Assembly: GCA_977020255.1 (NCBI GenBank)
Contig: CDROCS010001028.1
Span: 1-64,000, forward strand
Direction: 5' to 3'
From: Obrimoposthia wandeli
Lineage: Eukaryota
DNA length: 64,000 nucleotides
This document shows, piece after piece, positions 1 through 6,791 of this stretch; positions within the stretch are counted from its first letter, which is position 1, and every line of letters starts with the position of its first letter. The position numbers and the translations under genes are program-made. The notes beneath the pieces are model-generated. The model ran no database searches. It was given only the letters and a program-made list of their open reading frames with translations, and had not been told where the DNA came from.

Positions 1-60
1 TTTCCTTGTTGGCTGATTCAATGAATCATAATTACCAAAGGATTGGTACATATCAATAAT

Positions 61-140
61 TCCCCCTTAGTTCAATTGGAAGAACAATAGACTCTTAAGT
101 GAATCTTTAGATGCTGGTTCGAACCCAGCAGGGAGACCCA
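61..140 (+). pseudogene. Degenerate tRNA-like gene, anticodon CTT (Lys), with 5-nt insertion in the anticodon loop
   Basis: Cloverleaf by eye: acceptor TCCCCCT/AGGGAGA (1 mismatch), D-arm GTTC-AATTGGAA-GAAC, anticodon stem ATAGA/TCTTT around CT-CTT-AA plus extra GTGAA, T-arm GCTGG-TTCGAAC-CCAGC, 3' CCA ending at 140. Confidence 0.7.
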
Positions 141-153
141 AATTCATATTTTC

Positions 154-174
154 CATTTCTAAATGGCTCTAACA
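154..174 (-). mobile_element. Truncated IS1202-family (ISNCY) terminal inverted repeat remnant
   Basis: catttctaaatggctctaaca is 20/21 identical to the IS end at 4921-4941; reads TGT... on the - strand. Confidence 0.65.
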
Positions 175-187
175 CCTTCAGTCTGTC

Positions 188-307
188 ATGTTTGTTTTGC
201 CTGTCTGTTCTCTCTGTAGCGTGATGCAAGTCAGGCAGTTAAAGCTCGAAGATATTAAATCGAAGAAGGCTGCGAACGACGATGATAATGAAAAGGTGGC
301 CGCATGA
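188..307 (+). pseudogene. C-terminal fragment of the phage membrane protein preceding the ATPase
   Basis: Frame MFVLPVCSLCSVMQVRQLKLEDIKSKKAANDDDNEKVAA*; TGA overlaps the ATPase ATG (ATGA); 5' part cut off by the IS end at 174. Confidence 0.45.
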
Positions 308-946
308 AACTCCAACCTGTTAACCAAAACAACACGCTAGGTAATCATCATGCGTATGCGGTTGGCGGGAAAACATCCGTAGCCAAAAAGCTGTTTGTTA
401 AGGATACCGACCAAGTCGTAATTTTCGATCCTCTTAATGGCTACCAAGGAAAACTTTCGGGTCGGGTAGTTCGTAGCTATTCCAACCTGCGTGACTTTGC
501 GATCGCCGTTCTTGCGGGTCGTAAAACCAAGCAAGGGTTTAAGATTGCATACTACCCAAAGTGTGAAACCACCGAAGAAGATTTTGACCGGTTCTGCTCA
601 ATTGCATGGGGTGTCGGTGATGGTAAACATGCCAAACCGATAAAAGTGATCTGTGAAGAAGTTGCCGAGCATAGCCACACTACGGACTATCATGGCAAGC
701 TATTGAGGCTAGGGCGCAAGTACAATATTCATACCATCAAATATGTTTCAACGTGGGCAGGAAGTATCAAAGACGATCATTGATAATTGCCAGTATGCGT
801 GTGTAATGATGCAAAAAGCCGATGATAGTGCGTATTACATCCAACGTAAAACGGGGATACCTGCGAGTGAGGTCATCCCATTGGTGAAACTTGAATATAT
901 TCTGCAGGATGGAAAAGAGTGGGCGAAAGGTGAAATTCAATGGTAA
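304..946 (+). pseudogene. FtsK/HerA-type phage packaging ATPase (PM2 P9-like), frameshifted
   Basis: ORFs 304-783 and 743-946 join by removing one A near 739-741; Walker A shortened (HAYAVG-GKTS), Walker B KVICEE, FQRGQEVSKTI Gln/Arg motif. Confidence 0.75.
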
Positions 947-967
947 AAAGGCCACAAGAATGTGGCC
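945..967 (-). terminator. Rho-independent terminator of the 855-aa ATPase gene
   Basis: Stem ggccaca-agaa-tgtggcc (950-967) followed by a T-run on the - strand, just after the stop at 975. Confidence 0.65.
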
Positions 968-974
968 CATAAAA

Positions 975-3542
975 TCATTTACGTTTTTTATTTCTTTTAT
1001 GTTTAAGTAACTTAAATTGCTTTTCTAATTTATCCAAATCTTCTTGGATTTCATCAGCATCAGGATATTCAATACCTAATCCTCCGGATTTATCATGACC
1101 TGCTAAGTATTTACAGCATGTGTCCATACCGTCTTTGATTGTTTGAATATCCTCTTCAGTTGTATCCAAAAGATGATGATTTTTCGTTGTTTGGACATCT
1201 CGACCAAAACGTTCAACAATACCAAAAATTAACCATTCTTCTACTAATCTTTCCCATGTTTCACGCTTTTTACTATAGAAGGTTCTAATGTTTTCTCGAA
1301 CCTCTTCCATATTATTTAAACGAAAATTCTTCTGTATTTTAACAAGATCTTGTTTGAGTAATCCTATACGCTTTTCAGTTTTAGTTGCATCCCAAGGTGG
1401 ATTATCACTACAAATCCCGACGTTTTTACCCATACGATCAACGGCATGTAAAGCAATGTTTTTATCTGAAGATTCTTCAAGCATTTTCAAAAATGCCAAG
1501 TCATGAGAGAAAACAATAATTTGTCTACTTTTTGATTCCTCGACAATTCTTTCAGAAAACTTTCTTCGCCAATGATGATCTAAAGAATTTATTGGGTCAT
1601 CAAATATTACAGAGGAATTTCTATCATCCACTTTCAATTCAGCTAAAAACCCAGCGAGAGCTATACATTTTTGTTCACCTTCACTCGCGATAGTAGATAA
1701 GTTACTTCCAATGGAGTTAATTTCAAACTTTAGCATTTGCTGACCACTAGAACCTCTGGTTTTAGCTATTATTTCATATCGTTTAAAACCTAATTTTTTC
1801 AGTTGATCTGAAAACTCTTCTTTCAATAAACCAATAAAACCACTCTGACTTATTTCACTATTCAACCTCGTGATTGATGATATGTTTGTTTCTTTTAATA
1901 TGGAGTCTATTCTTTCAACATAAAGTAAATAGTTAATTCTATTCTCAATGATACCAAGTTGAGGCTGAATCACTTTAATGGACTCTAGTAATGCTATCTC
2001 TTCAGTAGTTTTAGATATAAGTGATTTTAGTTCGCTATCACCTTTAACTGCTGCGGTTTTTTCAACAAGTGATTTTATTTTCTTATCAAGCCAAACTACA
2101 CATCTGTCATCTAATTTATCAAAGGCGTAAACAGGTTTTTCACTAATTAGATTAAGTCTTCTGGTGTTTAAGTTATCAAAGTAATCATTAAATGCATCAC
2201 TTATTATTTTTTGAGAACTAGCTAGGTTATTTATGATTCCCTGATGTGAGTCTTTATTTATATTTAATGCCTTGAGTGGATTTATAAATAAATTGAGTTT
2301 TTTATGTAATGCATCATGCTTCTTTTGGACATCACCAGAAAGAAACCTATAAAAATGTTCGAGTCTTAAGGCTGATTCATTGCCAACACCCTGTAAACAT
2401 AATGGACAAGTATCACCATTTTTTAATGGGGTTTGATTCCCTGACGATTGAATGAAAATCATCGCTGAATCCCACATACTTTTCCATGTTTGAGTTCCTA
2501 TTTCATTGTAAGGTAGGTTCTCAAATGTTGATTTAGTTATTTGATTTAAAGCAAAATTTGCAGTTTCATATTCGTCTGATAAGTTCTTTATTTGTAATAC
2601 TGCATCATCATTTAATAGCTTTGTTAATCTTGTTAACTCATCAAAGAGTGGCTTTAATAATGAATGCTGATGACTAAAGTGCTGTTTTAGCTTTTCTGGC
2701 GACTTACTTGTAAGCTCTGTCAGTAGTTCTTTTTTTGTTTTAAGAGTTTCGGCATCAAACTCAAAATTGCTCTTAAACTCAGTTAGCTTAGTTTTAGAGT
2801 TCACAGTTTGATAAAAGTCACTAACTTTATTTTTTATAGGAAAATTTATAATCGGTAGATTTACTATCGGATGCTTATATTTCTCAAGTTCAATTTTCAC
2901 ATGTTTACATGCTTTAATTAACTCATCTAACAAATTCATTCCTGACAAGTTAAAATCAAGATTGTCTTCTTTATTTATATAATGATGAGCAGAGCTATTA
3001 TCAAATACTCTTATTGACTTGAGATTGTTGTTATCCTTAATGTGGCGAGCCCATCTAATACTATCTTTAACACCTGAAACACTAATGTTAAGTGTTGCTG
3101 ATGGCTCATCTTTACATCCATTAAATGCATTACCTATTACTATTGGTTTATCGCCACGGGTTAAACAAGCATTTTTTAAAACTCTTGTATAACTAGATTT
3201 ACCAGAACCGTTATCACCATATATAACTGTAATTCCCTCAGAGGAAAAGTTGAGTACTTGATTAGGCTGTAAAGCCCCTATGTTGACAACATCTGATATT
3301 GATTCAAGAATAACCGATTCATTTTTTGATTGATTACCCATTGGGGTTATTGGTTTTTTATATACCTCATATTCTGGTGTTTTAGGAACTAGAGCACTTT
3401 GCATTAATGCAATATTAATCAATATATTGTAGTCATCAATAGTCAATTTCGTTTTTTCAAGAGCAAGCCTAACAGCATGTCTCCACCATACCGGACGGCG
3501 AGTATCATTCGTCCAATTTATTATTTGCTCGGTGGGAGTCAT
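975..3542 (-). CDS. RloC-like ABC/SMC-type ATPase with zinc hook and C-terminal HEPN-like domain (candidate anti-phage protein)
   Basis: Walker A GDNGSGKS, CPLC zinc hook inside coiled coils, signature SEGEQK, Walker B/D-loop VIFDDPINSLD, H-loop SHD, C-terminal RETWERLVEE...KYLAGH; AT-rich and intact. ATPase call is solid; RloC/HEPN call is inference. Confidence 0.75.
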   Translation of the reverse strand: MTPTEQIINWTNDTRRPVWWRHAVRLALEKTKLTIDDYNILINIALMQSALVPKTPEYEVYKKPITPMGNQSKNESVILESISDVVNIGALQPNQVLNFSSEGITVIYGDNGSGKSSYTRVLKNACLTRGDKPIVIGNAFNGCKDEPSATLNISVSGVKDSIRWARHIKDNNNLKSIRVFDNSSAHHYINKEDNLDFNLSGMNLLDELIKACKHVKIELEKYKHPIVNLPIINFPIKNKVSDFYQTVNSKTKLTEFKSNFEFDAETLKTKKELLTELTSKSPEKLKQHFSHQHSLLKPLFDELTRLTKLLNDDAVLQIKNLSDEYETANFALNQITKSTFENLPYNEIGTQTWKSMWDSAMIFIQSSGNQTPLKNGDTCPLCLQGVGNESALRLEHFYRFLSGDVQKKHDALHKKLNLFINPLKALNINKDSHQGIINNLASSQKIISDAFNDYFDNLNTRRLNLISEKPVYAFDKLDDRCVVWLDKKIKSLVEKTAAVKGDSELKSLISKTTEEIALLESIKVIQPQLGIIENRINYLLYVERIDSILKETNISSITRLNSEISQSGFIGLLKEEFSDQLKKLGFKRYEIIAKTRGSSGQQMLKFEINSIGSNLSTIASEGEQKCIALAGFLAELKVDDRNSSVIFDDPINSLDHHWRRKFSERIVEESKSRQIIVFSHDLAFLKMLEESSDKNIALHAVDRMGKNVGICSDNPPWDATKTEKRIGLLKQDLVKIQKNFRLNNMEEVRENIRTFYSKKRETWERLVEEWLIFGIVERFGRDVQTTKNHHLLDTTEEDIQTIKDGMDTCCKYLAGHDKSGGLGIEYPDADEIQEDLDKLEKQFKLLKHKRNKKRK

Positions 3543-3730
3543 ATAGATCGTTCCATGTCTAGAAAATAAGGCAGAATATTACCATCTAACTCGACGTAAA
3601 TAACGCGATTTGAATCAACTTTGTAACGTTTAAACCTATAGGTTAAGGGGCTTTTTTTCGTTTGCCTTAAAACCGAATCACCTGTTTTCCTATTGGCTCT
3701 TAATCACGTTTATACAGAGAGCTAATAAAC

Positions 3731-3853
3731 ATGAATGCAAAAACTAAAGGGTATGCAGTCACAGCAGTCACAGCAGTGATTGCACTGCTTGTCGCGGCTG
3801 GTGTTGTCTGGGCATCAAACAATGTTGATGCTGTTGAAGACCAAATCGGTTAA
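3731..3853 (+). CDS. Small phage membrane protein (PM2 P7-like), 40 aa
   Basis: MNAKTKGYAVTAVTAVIALLVAAGVVWASNNVDAVEDQIG: one TM helix plus WASNN, directly upstream of the capsid gene; in-frame 9-bp duplication gcagtcaca at 3755-3772; not in ORF track. Confidence 0.65.
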   Translation: MNAKTKGYAVTAVTAVIALLVAAGVVWASNNVDAVEDQIG

Positions 3854-3862
3854 GGGGCAAGT

Positions 3863-4072
3863 ATGGAACTGTTAAGCACAAACTTCGCTCCACGCCCTAA
3901 AGAACTCGACCCAATTGAAGGTGTAGGTTGGGGCAATCGTGCCTCACTGCGTATGGTGTCGGGTCCCACTTATCACAGCATCGAATTGGTAACTAATATT
4001 ACCGTTCCAAAAAACATTGAACGTGTTGTGGCCAAGTTTCTGGCGCGATTCCCGTCGTTGCTGCCATGTTGA
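3863..4072 (+). pseudogene. Truncated double jelly-roll major capsid protein (PM2 P2-like N-terminus)
   Basis: ELDPIEGVGWGNRASLRMVSGPTYHSIEL parallels the PM2 P2 N-terminus as recalled (LNSIPNVAAGNSCSIKLPIGQTYEVIDL); similarity stops near 4030 at a deletion junction. Confidence 0.7.
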
Positions 4073-4110
4073 TTGGCTTATGGGATACGTTCAGAAAAGA
4101 GAAGAAATAG
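4033..4110 (+). pseudogene. C-terminal fragment of a small phage membrane/lysis-module protein
   Basis: Alternate frame QVSGAIPVVAAMLIGLWDTFRKEKK* (TM plus basic tail) begins where capsid similarity ends. Confidence 0.45.
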
Positions 4111-4115
4111 GGGGT

Positions 4116-4310
4116 TTGGATGGGATAATTGATAAAGCTCTTTGCTGAACTGGGGGGCACACCGCCAACCCTTATTATTTGTTACCTACTTTCCGCTCAG
4201 TAAAGGCGCATGAATCCGTTCTAAGTGAGCTCAAAAAGATGCTGGCACACCATGAGAAGCGGATCATGAAATTAGAGTGGGAAACGAAGAGCTCTAATCA
4301 ACAAAATTAA
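4116..4310 (+). pseudogene. Holin-like single-TM/coiled-coil phage protein with frameshifts
   Basis: Reconstructable as about 64 aa MDGIIDKALAELGG...RSVKAHESVLSELKKMLAHHEKRIMKLEWE... only by correcting 1-bp indels. Confidence 0.4.
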
Positions 4311-4406
4311 TAAAACCTATTTAATATCTTAGCCTTAAGGGTGTAACGTGCGTGTAATTATGTAAGGCTATCGGGACTAAATTCATTTAGTTAAAAGGAT
4401 TAAACA

Positions 4407-4677
4407 GTGAAATTAAAATTATTGAGATTTTTATGTATTACCATAATTTTATCTATAACTGGTTGTGCAGGTATTAGAGGATATGGTGAATCGGGAAGGA
4501 TCAATTACTCTAATGTTTGTGTTATTGAAAATGCTAAGGTGAGTTGCTTACATTGATTGGGATGCAGGTCGAAGTCCTATGCCAGCAAAAATTCCAGATA
4601 AAACCTTTAATACTGTGGAGTTCTGGCAAACAGCTGAGGCTTTAGCTGGGTTATTTGGAGAGATTCAGATCAAGTAA
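4407..4677 (+). pseudogene. Lipoprotein gene with internal deletion/frameshift
   Basis: GTG start, signal peptide with lipobox ITGC, VCVIENAKV, then a frame change to ...YIDWDAGRSP...EIQIK*. Confidence 0.45.
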
Positions 4678-4694
4678 TCAGCCCATATATAAAG

Positions 4695-4716
4695 TAAGCC
4701 CGCGAACGCGGGCTTA
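4695..4716. terminator. Bidirectional terminator hairpin
   Basis: taagcccgcg-aa-cgcgggctta with A/T flanks. Confidence 0.65.
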
Positions 4717-4891
4717 TTTGTAGCTAGAGGCTAGGGAAGTTTCTTAGCCATTTTCCTTTCTGCCATAGCGTGTCGATACTCCTTCTTTTTCTCCTTAGTC
4801 ACAGTGTCACTTTTTGTTGCTTTAATCCGATGATTACCACGAAATGGCAATGGCGTGACAACAAGTAAATGGTGTTTTGAGGTTAGTTCAA

Positions 4892-4941
4892 CATGACATT
4901 TCTATCTGGCTCAAACCGGACATTTCTAAATGGTTCTAACA
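4892..4941 (-). mobile_element. Orphan IS1202-family end (older insertion)
   Basis: - strand TGTTAGAACCATTTAGAAATGTCC...TAGAAATGTC: TGT terminus, TGTC at offset 20-23 as in both ends of the adjacent IS, repeated internal binding motif. Confidence 0.7.
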
Positions 4942-4946
4942 CCGTC

Positions 4947-6508
4947 TGTTTATCCCAATTTAAACTGTCCTGCTTTATTCCCAGATTAAAATGTCTCCTT
5001 TCAAGGTAGTTCATCCCGCTTAGAAATAGGCTATAGAGTAGGGACGTCAGCCTTTCTTGGTGCAGGGTTTGAACGTTTCAGGGCTGGCTAAGACTGGGTT
5101 GAGCGCCCGTAATTGTTGTACCGCACGCTGTTGAGCGGTTCGTTTAGGGGCTTTTTTACTGCGACTGCGTTTGTGTTGTTGTTCGAACTCTTGTTGTTTC
5201 TCTTGGGCAAATTTCAATACTGCGCCGAGCCGTTTATTATCAACCACTTGGCCTTGGTCCACATCAGCCAATTTGTCGAAGATTTTGAATTCTAATTTTC
5301 GATGGCCGTACTGGATCGCAATGGTGCCATCGGGATAATCCAACACTTTCACAGCCTCTTGTGTGAGCCGGCTATTTTCTTCTGTAGGGACAATAAGGTA
5401 AAGAACCTTGTCGTACTGAAAAGTCAGTGATTTCGATAGCTTACGTATTTCGTGCCAGGCAAAGGTATCATCCAAATCTTCAGGTGTTTCTCTGACGGTA
5501 CGGTGCATGTCTTTGGGGTAACAGGCTGGCTTGGCAAAGCGTCGGTTAAAATCAGCGATAAAGTCGGGCAGCCAGACATTCGCTTGTTCAATTGTATCAA
5601 TGCCTTGTAGGCGCATTTCTTTGACTAGGCGATCTTGTAATGTTTTGTTCGCACGCTCAACGCGGCCTTTGGCTTGTGAGCTGTTGGCGCAAATCAGTTC
5701 AATGTTTAAATCATTCAACACCCGACCAAACTGGGTCAACCGTTCAGTTTGAGCATCACGTTTACTGACATGGAATACCGCATGGCGATCGCTGTAAAAG
5801 GCCGACGGTTTACCGTGTTGTTCAATGTATTCGCGAGTAGCGACCATGTAGTCAAAGGCAGATTCCGTTTCACTGAAGCGCAGGTTCATTAGCTACCGGT
5901 GGCATCGTCGATGTATACCAGCAAGCAGCATTTCGCGCTGCGACCTTCAAACCAATCATGGTGAGAGCCATCAATTTGAATGAGCTCACCCAGACAATCA
6001 CGACGGTGACGAGGTTGGTAAATCCGTGGCTTACGTTTGGCATGCGGCACCCAAAGGCCATCGGCAATCATCCATTGGCGCAGGGTTTCTAACGAGATAT
6101 GAATGTCATGAACCTCAGCCAATTTCTCATGAGCCAGCGTGGGTCCAAAATCAAAATAGTGTTGATGTATTATCTCGAGGCAACTGAGCCGAACATCGTC
6201 ATTAATTTTGTTCGAAGATGGCAAGCCACGGCGTTGATGAGTAATACCAACAGCACCAAGTTGACGAAAGCGAGTGATCAGCCGCTGAACTTGTCGAACA
6301 CTCAGCGACAGAATACCTGCAGCATCTGATCGTCGGATTCGTTTCTCGCAAACATCGCGAATAGCATTCAGGCGTAAAATGTCTTTTTCATTCATCGTTA
6401 TCAACATCGTTTGTTAATCTCACACAGATCAGATAGGTACTGATCACCATAGGAAAAACAGGACATTTTTGCTTTGCAGAAAAGAGACACTTTAGCTTTG
6501 CGCCTACA
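4947..6508 (-). mobile_element. IS1202-family (ISNCY) insertion sequence targeted next to dif, 5-bp target duplication CCGTC
   Basis: Ends TGTTTATCCC... (4947) and ...GCGCCTACA (6508), both TGT-N11-TAAA-N-TGTC; CCGTC at 4942-4946 and 6509-6513; DDE transposase inside. Confidence 0.9.
5047..6407 (-). pseudogene. ISNCY/IS1202-family DDE transposase, split by a 1-nt frameshift
   Basis: N-part HTH and LIQIDGSHHDWFEGR...VYIDDATG; C-part YSDRH and SSQAKGRVERAN; frame breaks at ggt-agc-taa near 5890. Confidence 0.85.
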
Positions 6509-6513
6509 CCGTC

Positions 6514-6541
6514 AGTGCGCATTATGTATATTATGTTAAAT
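6514..6541 (+). other. dif: Chromosome dimer resolution site dif (XerC arm, spacer, XerD arm)
   Basis: AGTGCGCATTA-TGTATA-TTATGTTAAAT. Confidence 0.95.
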
Positions 6542-6727
6542 AGAGTGTTGGAAGGTCTACATCGCTGTATTCATTTAAGCCTTTATATCTACTCTCTTCT
6601 TTTGCTGTTGCTTCATGCAGTGCTATTTAACAGTACTGGCTATTTACCATAAAATAGGTAATTAGCACCGAACTTTAAGCTCTTCTGCAAATGGTCAGTT
6701 TGCCTTAATCTTCAAGTTCGGTATCAA

Positions 6728-6769
6728 TTACAGAGCTGTTAAGTGCAACAGCATTTAACAGCTCTGTAA
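6728..6769. other. Long stem-loop downstream of the hybrid kinase
   Basis: ttacagagctgttaa...ttaacagctctgtaa 15-bp perfect stem, no clear U-tract. Confidence 0.5.
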
Positions 6770-6791
6770 GGTCATTAAGTTATTAGCTCGC

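Larger units (their letters stand above)
175..4310 (+). mobile_element. Decayed PM2/corticovirus-like (double jelly-roll, non-tailed) prophage remnant
   Basis: Gene order is packaging ATPase, P7-like small membrane protein, P2-like major capsid N-terminus, lysis-like fragments, as in PM2 (IX-VII-II ... lysis); lies next to dif; boundaries approximate. Confidence 0.75.

Noticed and set aside
180-207. Degenerate attL after the left IS end
   Set aside because: Only about 5 of 11 XerC-arm positions match and the sequence reads as a phage ORF; kept only as one interpretation in the findings.
4338-4370. Possible second dif/att site (acgtgcgtgtaattatgtaaggc)
   Set aside because: Only a partial XerD-arm match (ttatgt) and no XerC arm at the correct spacing.
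175-4941. Composite transposon bounded by the two orphan IS ends
   Set aside because: The ends are in direct, not inverted, orientation.
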